Part shown: positions 52,922-62,966 of the stretch, in pieces | How the letters are laid out: the number at the start of each line of letters is the position of its first letter | How positions within the stretch are numbered: the stretch's first letter is position 1 | From: Dehalococcoidia bacterium | GTDB lineage: Bacteria; Chloroflexota; Dehalococcoidia; Dehalococcoidales; UBA3254 | DNA length: 64,000 nt | Direction of reading: 5' to 3' | Assembly (NCBI GenBank): GCA_025361145.1 | Contig: JANYAV010000022.1 | Span: 3,598-67,597, forward strand | The notes under the pieces: model-generated | Told to the model about the DNA's origin: nothing | Seen by the model: only the letters and a program-made list of their open reading frames with translations | Database searches by the model: none | Made by a program: the position numbers and the translations under genes

Positions 52922-54664
52922 TTAAGCAGGTATCCCCTTATTATTCTCAGGGAAATAAGCGTTTTTAACGTATTGAGACAACATGCGTTGAGAGTTATAA
53001 TAAGACCCGTTTAGAGCAATCGCGTTACGCCTGATCCAGGCATAGGTCATGGGGCGCCCATAGTACATGGGTAAGATAACATATTCCAGTTTATTATAGA
53101 GAGAAGCTATTTCACGGGTCTCATCGCTGGCCTTGTCCCAGGCTTCATCAATTGACCAACCGGTCACGCCTTCGACATTGCCCTCAATCCACCAGCCATC
53201 CAGAATGCTAAGGCTGGGTACGCCATTTAAGGCGGCTTTCATACCGCTGGTACCGGAGGCTTCATGGGGTTTCTGAGGCGTGTTTAGCCAAAGGTCCACC
53301 CCGGAAATCAGAAATCTGGCCAGGTCCATGTCGTATTCTTCCAGATAAACCACGCGGAGATAGTCTTTGAGTTGATCAGCTGCTTTATAGATGCTGCGGA
53401 TAATCTCTTTGCCACTCTCATCTCTGGGATGGGCTTTGCCGCTGTAGATTATTTGAATTGGGCCACTGTTCCGCACGATTGTGCGCAGGCGGTCTATATC
53501 TGAAAAGAGCAAATTAGCGCGTTTATAGCCAGTAGCCCGACGGGCAAATCCGATGGTAAAGAGAGAGCTATCCAGACCTACGCCGCTGCGTTTCTGGACC
53601 TCAGCGATGAAAGCCTGCTTAGCTTCAGTATGTACTTGTTTAATTTCTGCTTCCGGGACGCTGATGATATAACGCAGGTAGAGGTTGTCTCTCCGCCACT
53701 CTGGAATATGATGATCGTAGAGCTTTTGAAAAGCCGGGCTAGTCCAGGTGACAGCGTGTACTCCATTGGTGATGGAGTTGATAGGATAATTGGGGTACAT
53801 GCCTTGAGAGATTTCTTCGTGACGCATTGAGACTCCGTTAATATAGTGAGAAAAACACAGGGCGAGATAGGTCATGTTCAGAGTATCTTCATGAAAGCAG
53901 GAGGCTGACTTCAGGACGGTGACCTGTTCTTCTCCCAGTACACGGCCCACCATATCTATGGGGTACTGGTCTAAGGCCGCAGGCACAGGAGTATGAGTGG
54001 TGAATACACAAAGTTCGCGCACATCCCGGGCGCAAGCATCGGTCACATTACAGACGTGCTGCTTATCCATATCCTCTTTCAAGAGGGACAGGATTAACAA
54101 AGCAGAATGACCTTCATTCATATGGTAAGCGCGGATGTTTACATAGCCCATTGCCCGCAGTATAGCGATGCCACCCATGCCCAATATTATTTCCTGGCAA
54201 AAACGATAGAGGCTGTCTCCCCCGTATAAATAATCGGTTAGAGCCTGGTCCCAGGCTGAGTTCTCTGCCAGCGCGGTATCCAGCAAGAAGACAGGCACGG
54301 TATGTCCCTGAATGCCCCTGATTGTGTAGAGCCAGACGCGTAGATGCACTGTACGACCTTCAATAGTGATCCTGGCTGTATCCGGCAGTAGTCTAAGGGT
54401 TGCAGCCGGATTCCAGACTGCTGGCCCTTCACTCTGATTGCCCTGAGGATCGAGGCTCTGTTTGAAATAGCCTTTACGGTTAAGCAGGGAAATACCGACC
54501 ATAGGCAGACCCATATCGGCAGCAGCTCGCAGTGTATCGCCTGCCAGGACGCCCAAGCCTCCGCTATAGGTAGGTATGGCCGAATCGAGGCCAACTTCCA
54601 TGGAGAAATAGGCTACAGTATTCAGGTTATTAACAGGGGTATTATCTGAAATGGTCAAAGTCAT
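52922..54664 (-). CDS. glgP: alpha-glucan phosphorylase family protein (short form, GT35)
   Basis: GGLGVLAGD motif and the PLP-lysine region EASGTSGMKAALNG. 580 aa. Confidence 0.85.
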   Translation of the reverse strand: MTLTISDNTPVNNLNTVAYFSMEVGLDSAIPTYSGGLGVLAGDTLRAAADMGLPMVGISLLNRKGYFKQSLDPQGNQSEGPAVWNPAATLRLLPDTARITIEGRTVHLRVWLYTIRGIQGHTVPVFLLDTALAENSAWDQALTDYLYGGDSLYRFCQEIILGMGGIAILRAMGYVNIRAYHMNEGHSALLILSLLKEDMDKQHVCNVTDACARDVRELCVFTTHTPVPAALDQYPIDMVGRVLGEEQVTVLKSASCFHEDTLNMTYLALCFSHYINGVSMRHEEISQGMYPNYPINSITNGVHAVTWTSPAFQKLYDHHIPEWRRDNLYLRYIISVPEAEIKQVHTEAKQAFIAEVQKRSGVGLDSSLFTIGFARRATGYKRANLLFSDIDRLRTIVRNSGPIQIIYSGKAHPRDESGKEIIRSIYKAADQLKDYLRVVYLEEYDMDLARFLISGVDLWLNTPQKPHEASGTSGMKAALNGVPSLSILDGWWIEGNVEGVTGWSIDEAWDKASDETREIASLYNKLEYVILPMYYGRPMTYAWIRRNAIALNGSYYNSQRMLSQYVKNAYFPENNKGIPA

Positions 54665-54809
54665 TCCTCCGAAAACTAAAACTAAGGTGTCGACTTAGTG
54701 AGAGCATTTTAGTCCACCAGCTTTGAAATAGCAAGATGGCTGGGGTACAATCGCTTTACTTATATTATAGAAGGATATTGGATATAATAGAGGTATATTA
54801 TACCTGACA

Positions 54810-54821
54810 CCTTCCGGAAGG
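54810..54821. promoter_or_regulatory. perfect 12-bp palindrome CCTTCCGGAAGG in the divergent glgP/glgP spacer
   Basis: Read directly from the sequence. It is flanked by ACAC / GGTGT and a T-run. Confidence 0.35.
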
Positions 54822-54874
54822 CTGGTGTTTTCGCTAAAGCCACCAAAAAATATGATATTGATAGGAAATGAGCT

Positions 54875-57016
54875 TTGCTTGATAATACGCTTTCCTCAAG
54901 ACTACCGGAACGCATTAATAGGTTATACGAACTAGCCCATAACATCTGGTGGAGTTGGCATCCCAGGGGGCGCGATGTTTTCAGAAGTCTGGATTATCCA
55001 CTGTGGAGGTCCAGCGGACATAATCCGGTCAAACAGCTTTCCGAAATGACGGGTGGAAAATTGCTGGCGGCCGCGGAAGACCCAGCTTTTTTGGCTGTGT
55101 ATGATTCGGTGATGGCATCTTTCGATGAGGCCATGCAAAAGTCGGATACGTGGTTTGCCGGCAGTTATCAAAAAGACTTTCAGGGCCCGATTGCTTATTT
55201 TTCCATGGAATTCGCTCTGCATAGTTCGCTGCCCATTTATGCTGGTGGCCTGGGTATTCTGGCCGGAGATATCTGCAAAGAGGCCAGCGACCTGGGGCTG
55301 CCTCTGGTTGGGATAGGCTTTATGTATCCTCAGGGCTATTTTCACCAGCATCTTAATGCGGACGGCTGGCAGGAGGAAATTTATCAGCAGTTAAGTTTTC
55401 AGGAAGCCCCGATCAGACCGGTGCTTTCCGCAGAGGGTCAGCGGTCCATCGCCCAGGTGAGGCTCGCCAACCGATCTCTTTCTCTGGCTGTCTGGCTGGT
55501 GAAGGTGGGTAGGGTTAGTATTTACCTTTTAGATACAGATGTGGAAGGCAATACAGCGGAGGACAGGCAGCTTTCAGCTCGACTTTACTCCTCAGATCCG
55601 GAATTGCGTATTCAGCAGGAGATTGTTTTAGGAATCGGTGGGGTGCGAGTACTGCGAGCACTTGGAATACAGCCGGTTGTCTGGCATGCCAATGAAGGCC
55701 ATTCGGCTTTTATGGGACTGGAAAGGTTGCGAGAAAAAATTGAAGATGGAAAGTCGTTTGAAAGCGCCTTGTCGGCGGTACAGTCTAACACTGTTTTTAC
55801 CACGCATACCCCCGTGCCCAGCGGACATGATGTGTTTTCTCCGGAAATAATGGATAAATATTTCGCTGATTACTGGCCGTCTCTGGGACTTGAGCGAGAA
55901 AAATTCCTGGCGTTAGGCCGACCTGACAGCCGAGGCCAGGCAGGTTTTAATATGACCGCTCTGGCGATCAATACCTCTCTGAAAAGAAACGCGGTCAGCC
56001 GGCTACATGAAATGGAGACTCGTAAAATGTGGCAGCCGGTGTGGCCCGAGTTATCGTTAGAGCAAGTACCAATTACTTATGTTACCAATGGTATTCACGT
56101 ACCCACCTGGATAAGTTATGAGTTGGTAGAATTATTCGAAAAATACCTGGGTAAACACTGGCCAGAAAAACAGGATGACCCAGATTTCTGGAAAAAGCTA
56201 TTAGATGTGCCGGACAAGGAAATATGGATGATTCACCGTGCTTTGAAAAGCAACCTGATGGAAGTGATTGTGGGTCGGGCTCAGCAGCGCTGGTTGGATG
56301 GTGAAGTAACCGCGCAGCAGGTGTTAACGATGGGGGCTTTACTTAATTCTCATGCACTGACCATTGGTTTTTCTCGCCGTTTTACCGGTTATAAAAGGCC
56401 GGCATTGATCCTGTATGATACTGAACGTTTGAAAAAAATAGTCAATAATCCATGGAGGCCAGTCCAGATCATTTTCTCTGGTAAGTCGCATCCGGCTGAC
56501 CTTTCCGGTAAATATAGTATACATAATGTGTGCAGGATTGCCAGGGACCGCGCCTTTCAAGGCCGGGTAGCTTTTATCGAAGATTATGATATGCATCTGG
56601 CTCGGTATCTGACTCAGGGCGTAGATTTATGGCTAAACAATCCACTCCGGTTACTGGAAGCCAGCGGTACCAGCGGCATGAAAGCGGGCATTAACGGTGT
56701 GTTAAATATGAGCGTGCGGGACGGTTGGTGGGAGGAAGGTTACAACGGGCGTAACGGTTTTGCCGTGGGCGCAAATTGGGAATCAGCTAGTTCTGTTGAA
56801 CAGGACAAGGAAGACGCTGAATCTATCTATCGGCTCCTGGAAGATAAAATAATACCGCTTTATTATGAACAGGACCGCAGCGGGGTGCCGCATGAGTGGG
56901 TAAAAATGGTCAAAGAGTCAATTGTTTCAATCATGCCTAACTTCTGCGCCAGCCGGATGGTGAAAGAGTACACTGAAAAACTCTATTATCCGTTGGTCGG
57001 TGGAAACCATAAATAG
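54875..57016 (+). CDS. glgP: alpha-glucan phosphorylase family protein (long form with N-terminal extension, GT35)
   Basis: LAHNIWWSWHP N-terminal block, GGLGILAGD and EASGTSGMKAGINGV. TTG start. Confidence 0.85.
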   Translation: MLDNTLSSRLPERINRLYELAHNIWWSWHPRGRDVFRSLDYPLWRSSGHNPVKQLSEMTGGKLLAAAEDPAFLAVYDSVMASFDEAMQKSDTWFAGSYQKDFQGPIAYFSMEFALHSSLPIYAGGLGILAGDICKEASDLGLPLVGIGFMYPQGYFHQHLNADGWQEEIYQQLSFQEAPIRPVLSAEGQRSIAQVRLANRSLSLAVWLVKVGRVSIYLLDTDVEGNTAEDRQLSARLYSSDPELRIQQEIVLGIGGVRVLRALGIQPVVWHANEGHSAFMGLERLREKIEDGKSFESALSAVQSNTVFTTHTPVPSGHDVFSPEIMDKYFADYWPSLGLEREKFLALGRPDSRGQAGFNMTALAINTSLKRNAVSRLHEMETRKMWQPVWPELSLEQVPITYVTNGIHVPTWISYELVELFEKYLGKHWPEKQDDPDFWKKLLDVPDKEIWMIHRALKSNLMEVIVGRAQQRWLDGEVTAQQVLTMGALLNSHALTIGFSRRFTGYKRPALILYDTERLKKIVNNPWRPVQIIFSGKSHPADLSGKYSIHNVCRIARDRAFQGRVAFIEDYDMHLARYLTQGVDLWLNNPLRLLEASGTSGMKAGINGVLNMSVRDGWWEEGYNGRNGFAVGANWESASSVEQDKEDAESIYRLLEDKIIPLYYEQDRSGVPHEWVKMVKESIVSIMPNFCASRMVKEYTEKLYYPLVGGNHK

Positions 57017-57045
57017 CCAACTACCCTTAAGAGATAGGTTGAAGG

Positions 57046-57534
57046 TCAGCGCCTTCTGGCTAAAACTACCAGGATAATTACGAGACCTGCCAGTACCAGA
57101 AGGGCCGGGAAAGTGAAGGCCCAGCGCGACCAGTGAAAGATTTGTTCCACGATAAAAATTGCACCTAGCGCTATAAGCACTGTGCCTAAAATGATTAAAC
57201 CAGTAACGGCTGAGTTGTCAGTATTAGTTTTATGAGGTGGTTGGTTTTCGAAAGTTGAACGTATCCCTTTCCCTAGTTTAATGGAGCTATCCTTGATATC
57301 CGCTACGTTTTCATGGAAAGATTGTTCAGGATTAGCGGCAGTGGAACCCTCCAGTGGAACAATCATGGCGATGATAAAGTAGGTCAAAAGACCAGGAAAA
57401 ACTCCGGTACAAAGAGTGATGATAACCACTATAACGCGTATCAAAACAGGATCGAGGTTAAAGAATTCACCTAAACCTCCACAAACTCCCAGGAAAACGC
57501 GGTTGCGGCGGCTACGATGTAATTTTTTCTCCAT
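57046..57534 (-). CDS. PspC domain membrane protein
   Basis: N-terminal PspC motif (LHRSRRNRVFLGVCGGLGEFFNLDP) followed by TM helices. Confidence 0.8.
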   Translation of the reverse strand: MEKKLHRSRRNRVFLGVCGGLGEFFNLDPVLIRVIVVIITLCTGVFPGLLTYFIIAMIVPLEGSTAANPEQSFHENVADIKDSSIKLGKGIRSTFENQPPHKTNTDNSAVTGLIILGTVLIALGAIFIVEQIFHWSRWAFTFPALLVLAGLVIILVVLARRR

Positions 57535-57558
57535 TAGTTTCTCCTACTATATGGGATT

Positions 57559-58242
57559 TTAACCAGGTTTAACCAGCGTATAGCCGACACCAGCTTTGGT
57601 CAAAATCATTTGTGGTGCCTGAGGTTCAGCCTCCAGTTTCTCACGCAAACGGCGAATATAGACCTTCAAGCTGTCTACTGCTCCAGGGTAATCTTCGCCC
57701 CAGACTGCATCTGCTAGACTGCTGTGGGTGACAACCTGACCTGCGTTGCACATGAGGTGGTGCAGAATTCGTCCTTCCGTGGGAGTAAGGTTGATCTCTT
57801 TATTGTTATTGGTTAATTGTCCTGTGGGTGTGTTGAAACTCAACAAGCCTACAGAGATGGGCGCTTCATTATCAGTAGTAGCTCTGCGCCGGGTTAGCGC
57901 TTTGATGCGTGATAGAAGTTCAAGCTGTCTGAAGGGCTTGATCATGTAATCATCGGCTCCCCATTCCAGGCCTTTCACTATATCGGACTCCTCCGTGCGG
58001 GCGGTCAATATCAAAACGGGAATATCGGAGAACATGCGTATTTGTTTCAGAACATCGTAACCATTGATATCCGGTAAACCTAGATCCAGTATAACAATCT
58101 CTGGTTTTTCGCTCTCAACCAGCTCAACGCCTTTTTCGCCTTGCTGAGTTGAGACGAGCTTAGCTTCCGGCCAGCGGATTTGGAAAGCCAGAGTGATGGC
58201 CTCTACAATTTGCAGATCGTCTTCGATGACAAGTATTTTCAC
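57559..58242 (-). CDS. OmpR-family response regulator
   Basis: Receiver domain (ILDLGLPD) plus a winged-helix C-terminus (VGYTL). Confidence 0.9.
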   Translation of the reverse strand: MKILVIEDDLQIVEAITLAFQIRWPEAKLVSTQQGEKGVELVESEKPEIVILDLGLPDINGYDVLKQIRMFSDIPVLILTARTEESDIVKGLEWGADDYMIKPFRQLELLSRIKALTRRRATTDNEAPISVGLLSFNTPTGQLTNNNKEINLTPTEGRILHHLMCNAGQVVTHSSLADAVWGEDYPGAVDSLKVYIRRLREKLEAEPQAPQMILTKAGVGYTLVKPG

Positions 58243-58279
58243 TTAAACCTCCAGATTCGGTCAAATTAATAGTAAGTAT

Positions 58280-60838
58280 TTAATCTCTAATCGGCAATTT
58301 GAAAGAGAAGGTGCTGCCTTCTCCTCTTGAGCTGGTGGCCCAGATTTCCCCGTTCTGTAATTCTATCAGCCTCTTAGAAAGGGCCAGACCCAGTCCTAGT
58401 CCGCTTAATCGTTCACGTCCTTCTATTCTATAATAAGGTTGGAATAATTTCGCCTGCTCGTCCTCGGTCATGCCCCGGCCATGGTCTTTTACTTCAACCA
58501 CCAGACTGCCGTCTTTTACAAAAGCGCTGACCTTGATTTCACCGCTTTTAGAAGAATATTTGATTGAATTATTGATAAGGTTATAGAGGACCTGTCTAAC
58601 CCGGTCGTCATCGGCGACAATGACTGGCAATTTATTCGGCAAATCCAGAACGAGCGTTTGACCGTTATTCTTGGCAGTTAGCTCCATATATTTTACCGCA
58701 TGACGCAGTAGTTTTTCCGGATCAACCGGGTTTAGATTCACTCTAAGTAGACCCACTTCGCCTCTGGCCAGATCCAGTAGTTCATCTACCCGACGATTCA
58801 TGTTCTCAGCACCGTGAAAAACGTTTTTAGCCAGGCCTAACAGGGGTTCCTGGGTAAGCTCTTCAACTAGTAATTCGCTGGAAGCCAGGATTGGTGTAAG
58901 CGGGGTTTTCAACTCATGTACGAGCGCCCTGGTGAATTCAGTACGGCTCTTGATTTCTACCTGTAAGGCTTCCCTGGCTGTCTTCTCTCGCTGGTAGAGC
59001 TGTTCCAATTGTTCGTTGGCCAATTTTTGCGATGTAATGTCCACCCAGATCGAAAGGATGTATTTAGGACCGGCATCCGCCATTATAGGAGTAGAGGTAA
59101 TATCTACATAGAAAGACTCTCTGGATTTCTTATATAAGAGAGCCTCTATACTGTGAGTAGATTGCATCTGTTCCGGGAAGATATCGGTATGTTGTTGTTG
59201 ATAATCTTCTCTGAAGAATGGATAAGGAGTTTTGTGTCCCACAAGATCAGCCACTGAGAAACCGCTGAGTTTTTCCAAAGCTTGGTTGATGTAGCGAATA
59301 GAACTGTCGGGATTGATAACCATAATGGGGAAGGGAGAATGATCTCTCAAGCTGGAGCTGAATTCCTCGCTCTCCCTCAGTGCTTCCTCAGCCTGTTTAC
59401 GTTCGGTTATGTCCACCCAGTTGGTTATCAAGAATTGAGTCTCGCCGTTTTGTTTAATGGTGGTAGAGGACGCATCTATCCAGAAAGGAGTATTATCTGG
59501 TTTAAGGAACTTCTTTTCCGATTTAAAAGTTTTACCTTCTACCAATGATGCGGTAAATTCCTGAAGATAATTTTGGGTGCTCTCAGTCGGCCACCAGGGA
59601 AAGGGTGGCTTCTTGCCGATAATCTGGTCCTGGGTATATCCTACTAATTTCTCCAGCGCCGGATTAACATAGCGGATCGAGCCGTCTGGATTAAGCACTT
59701 CTATCGCGGTAGGAGAATCATTCAGCAGTGCCAGGTTGAAAGTCTCGCTTTCCTTTTGCAGCTTGCGAGACTGTTCGATGTTTCCCAACATTTCGTTGAT
59801 ACTTCCGGCCAAGGTGTGGATTTCATCTTTACCTGAAACGGTAAGCCTGGCAGAGAGGTTGTCCTTGCGTCCTATGTAACTGACCTTGCTGCTTAGTCCA
59901 GTGATTCGAGATATCACCAGCTTTTCCAGAATTAAAATAATGGCAGCAATTAAAAGCAGGCAAAATACAAGTAAGGAGAGCGCATAATAGGCCACCTCAT
60001 TCTTGACCTGCGCATAAAAATCTCTGGGGGCCTCTATTTTAATGATGAAAGAGGGTTGGCTCTTATAATCCGAAATAAGCAGATAGCCAGCGAGAGTTTG
60101 ATCGTTTACCGGCGTGATAAAAATATTGTTATCCAGCTTCAATTCCACGGCGGCGGCGCGAAAGTCAGCCGGCAAAGCCGGATCATTGGCATTGAAACCG
60201 AGAGGTTTCAATTTACTGATACCCGGGAAGCGCTGTATCTCCAGTTGGTCAAGGTAACGTCCCAGAATCAAGGTTCCACGGCTGGGTCCGCTGGCTTCGC
60301 TGGTGAGAATGGGATGAGAAACCAGAAACATTGGCGCATAGGGCAGGCTGATTATACCCTGAGTGCCGGTATTTTCATCATTTAGAAACAAAAAAGGGCT
60401 GTCATTTTCGAGGTAGGCCGATAATGCCTCAGGTGTTTCAGCAGGCTCCAAATTGATAACATCAGGAGTGGTGCTCGGCACCTTAGCGTAATACTGGTTA
60501 TAGATGACATTGCCCTTGATATCGTAGATCGCAGCAAAATCAAGGTGATTATTAAAAAAGGTGGAATAAACGAAATTGGATTCAATAAATTGAGGATTTT
60601 TGTCTATCGCATATTGATAGCTATCATCCCATTCAGCCCAATCCTTGGTGGTGCTAGTCAGTTCTTTTTGTTGGGCTTCAATCTGGTCTTTGAGTTGCCC
60701 TACTTTATCCCTGGCAATTTGGGCTTCCTCATTGGCGTAACCTTTTTGAATCACATTACTGAGAAAGAAACCCATTACCAGAGACGTGGTAATGCCGACG
60801 GCTAATATAATGAAAAATGTTTTGGTGCGTAAATCCAT
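58280..60838 (-). CDS. sensor histidine kinase: CHASE4-like periplasmic domain, HAMP, two PAS, HisKA, HATPase
   Basis: CHASE4-like DWAEWDDSYQY..NPQFIESN. H-box HELKTPLTPI. N and G boxes at the C-terminus. Confidence 0.85.
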   Translation of the reverse strand: MDLRTKTFFIILAVGITTSLVMGFFLSNVIQKGYANEEAQIARDKVGQLKDQIEAQQKELTSTTKDWAEWDDSYQYAIDKNPQFIESNFVYSTFFNNHLDFAAIYDIKGNVIYNQYYAKVPSTTPDVINLEPAETPEALSAYLENDSPFLFLNDENTGTQGIISLPYAPMFLVSHPILTSEASGPSRGTLILGRYLDQLEIQRFPGISKLKPLGFNANDPALPADFRAAAVELKLDNNIFITPVNDQTLAGYLLISDYKSQPSFIIKIEAPRDFYAQVKNEVAYYALSLLVFCLLLIAAIILILEKLVISRITGLSSKVSYIGRKDNLSARLTVSGKDEIHTLAGSINEMLGNIEQSRKLQKESETFNLALLNDSPTAIEVLNPDGSIRYVNPALEKLVGYTQDQIIGKKPPFPWWPTESTQNYLQEFTASLVEGKTFKSEKKFLKPDNTPFWIDASSTTIKQNGETQFLITNWVDITERKQAEEALRESEEFSSSLRDHSPFPIMVINPDSSIRYINQALEKLSGFSVADLVGHKTPYPFFREDYQQQHTDIFPEQMQSTHSIEALLYKKSRESFYVDITSTPIMADAGPKYILSIWVDITSQKLANEQLEQLYQREKTAREALQVEIKSRTEFTRALVHELKTPLTPILASSELLVEELTQEPLLGLAKNVFHGAENMNRRVDELLDLARGEVGLLRVNLNPVDPEKLLRHAVKYMELTAKNNGQTLVLDLPNKLPVIVADDDRVRQVLYNLINNSIKYSSKSGEIKVSAFVKDGSLVVEVKDHGRGMTEDEQAKLFQPYYRIEGRERLSGLGLGLALSKRLIELQNGEIWATSSRGEGSTFSFKLPIRD

Positions 60839-60897
60839 TTATTATTATTCCCGATCGACCAGATAAAATACTATAAATTATTGTACTCTAGTAATAC

Positions 60898-60937
60898 TGT
60901 CAATGTAATCAGCAGGCAAGGTTTTGTCAAGTGTCAA
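60898..60937 (-). promoter_or_regulatory. three TTGACA hexamers upstream of the histidine kinase operon
   Basis: Plus-strand TGTCAA at 60898-60903, 60925-60930 and 60932-60937. The proximal copy is followed by N17-TAATTT on the minus strand. Confidence 0.4.
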
Positions 60938-61015
60938 TATCGTAAAAGGAAATTACAGGCAAATTAAACTGCAATTACAATCAGCGTTTTTGAGGATGTA
61001 TTATTCTTTATCAAC

Positions 61016-61052
61016 CAAAAATGGCAAGCCGATAAAATCGGCTTGCCATTTT
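61016..61052 (-). terminator. terminator after the MacB-like permease gene
   Basis: AATGGCAAGCCGA-taaaa-TCGGCTTGCCATT with flanking A5 and T4 tracts. Confidence 0.85.
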
Positions 61053-61064
61053 AATTTGTTTAAA

Positions 61065-62297
61065 TTACTCAGATCTTAAAGCCTGTATGGGGTCAAGACG
61101 CGCAGCCTGCCAGGCTGGATAGAAACCAAAGAAAAGACCGATGCCCACTGAGACAACCACGGCCAGTATAACTACATCTGAGGTGACCACGGTGGTTACT
61201 ACACCTGAACGGTTTATCAAATAAGAGCCGCCCCAACCGACAATGACACCGATGATACCACCCGTAAAGGTTAAAAGAGCCGAGTCAACCAGGAACTGCC
61301 CCCAGATGTCTCTTTCACGAGCGCCCAAGGCTTTACGGATGCCGATCTCGCGGCGGCGTTCCATAACCGAAACCAGCATGATGTTCATGACACCTATACC
61401 TCCGACCAGCAAGGAGATGCCAGCAATGGCACCTAGAAGAAGAGTCAAACTCTGGGTAGCAGTGGTAATGGTTGAGATTAAATCATCCGAAGTGGTAACG
61501 CTGAAATCATCCGTGGCACCGAGGGCAATCTTGTGTCGGCTTTCCAAGAGGGCGGTTATGTCAGCTTTGACAGCTGGGATAGCGTCCTTGGAAGAAGCCT
61601 GGACGTTAATTGCGTTAATTATATGTTGTCCGGAAGCGTTGACTCCCCTGCTCAGTAAACCTTGAAACGTTGATAAGGGAATGAGCATTTTATTATCGTT
61701 GGAATTAAATCCGGAACCGGAGCTGGTCATCAGACCAACAATAGTGAAGACAGTATTGGACATGCGGACTTTCTGTCCGAGCGGATCTTGATCGGGGAAA
61801 AGGTTGGCTGCGACAGTAGCACCAATGATGGCAGCTTTAGTATTGCTGTCATACTGGGCCAGGGAGAAAAAATCACCTTCACCAAGCAGGATATTGTTAA
61901 CCTGCTGGTAATCGGGGGTAACTCCGGTGATTTGCACTCTTTGATTGTAGGAGCCGGCAACGACCTGAGTGCTGGAGGTGGAATAAGGGGCCACAGCATT
62001 GATGTTGGCGACATTAGCAGCAATAGCGTTCGCATCCTCCATCGTAAGGGTAGAAGCGGAGCCGAAGCCCTGGCCGACGCCTCCGGAAGTGGTTGAGCCG
62101 GGTTGGACGAAAATTAAATTGGTGCCCAAAGAGGTCAAGCTGGAAACGATACTGGCTGTAACACCTTTACCTACGGACATCAGCACAATAACCGCTGAGA
62201 TACCGATAACGACCCCCAGAATAGTTAAGAAGCTTCTAAGCTTGTGGGTGATAACCGAGACCCAAGCGGTCTGCAAGGGTTCGATAAAAGTTTTCAT
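61065..62297 (-). CDS. ABC transporter permease, MacB/FtsX family
   Basis: MacB-type N-terminus (HKLRSFLTILGVVIGI), a large periplasmic loop and an FtsX C-terminal domain. I prefer the ATG at 62297 (ATGA overlap with the upstream ATPase). Confidence 0.85.
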   Translation of the reverse strand: MKTFIEPLQTAWVSVITHKLRSFLTILGVVIGISAVIVLMSVGKGVTASIVSSLTSLGTNLIFVQPGSTTSGGVGQGFGSASTLTMEDANAIAANVANINAVAPYSTSSTQVVAGSYNQRVQITGVTPDYQQVNNILLGEGDFFSLAQYDSNTKAAIIGATVAANLFPDQDPLGQKVRMSNTVFTIVGLMTSSGSGFNSNDNKMLIPLSTFQGLLSRGVNASGQHIINAINVQASSKDAIPAVKADITALLESRHKIALGATDDFSVTTSDDLISTITTATQSLTLLLGAIAGISLLVGGIGVMNIMLVSVMERRREIGIRKALGARERDIWGQFLVDSALLTFTGGIIGVIVGWGGSYLINRSGVVTTVVTSDVVILAVVVSVGIGLFFGFYPAWQAARLDPIQALRSE

Positions 62298-62962
62298 TTC
62301 GTCTCCTCCTGGACTATCAGCCCGTCCTCGATATGGACAATGCGCTGGCAATAATGGGCAATATTAGGGTCATGGGTGATCATAACCAGGGTAATATTCT
62401 GTTCCTTATGCAGGCTGGTGAGTATGGACATAATATCTTTGCTGGAATGGGAATCAAGGTTGCCGGTGGGCTCATCTGCCAGGATAATGGGCGGGTTTTT
62501 GGCCAGAGCGCGGGCAACGGCCACTCTCTGCTGCTCTCCGCCCGAAAGTTCGGTGGGTCTATGATTCATGCGGTCAGTTAGACCTACAACTGCAAGAGCC
62601 TCTTTAGCGGCCCTGGAGTCTACTTTAGAGGCGTATTTCTGCCCCAATTCAACATTGCTGAGGGCAGATAGGTAGGGAATGAGGTTGAAGCTTTGAAAGA
62701 TAAAACCGATTTTCTGTGCTCTAACTCCTGATAATTCTCCTGAGTTAAGTTTGGAAACCTCCCGTCCGTCCAGTATATAGCTGCCTGACGTTGGTCTATC
62801 GAGAAGGCCGATCATGTTTAAAAGGGTGCTCTTACCTGAGCCTGAAGGGCCCATGATGGCTACCATTTCACCTTTATCTATAGTCAGGTTAATGCCCTGC
62901 AAGACTTTCAATTCACGCTTGCCCATGGGGTAAATTTTTACAATATCTTTAAGTTGAATCAT
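62294..62962 (-). CDS. ABC transporter ATP-binding protein (MacB/LolD-like)
   Basis: Walker [10 protein letters not shown], signature LSGGEQQRV, Walker B ILADEPT. Confidence 0.9.
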   Translation of the reverse strand: MIQLKDIVKIYPMGKRELKVLQGINLTIDKGEMVAIMGPSGSGKSTLLNMIGLLDRPTSGSYILDGREVSKLNSGELSGVRAQKIGFIFQSFNLIPYLSALSNVELGQKYASKVDSRAAKEALAVVGLTDRMNHRPTELSGGEQQRVAVARALAKNPPIILADEPTGNLDSHSSKDIMSILTSLHKEQNITLVMITHDPNIAHYCQRIVHIEDGLIVQEETK

Positions 62963-62966
62963 TTAA

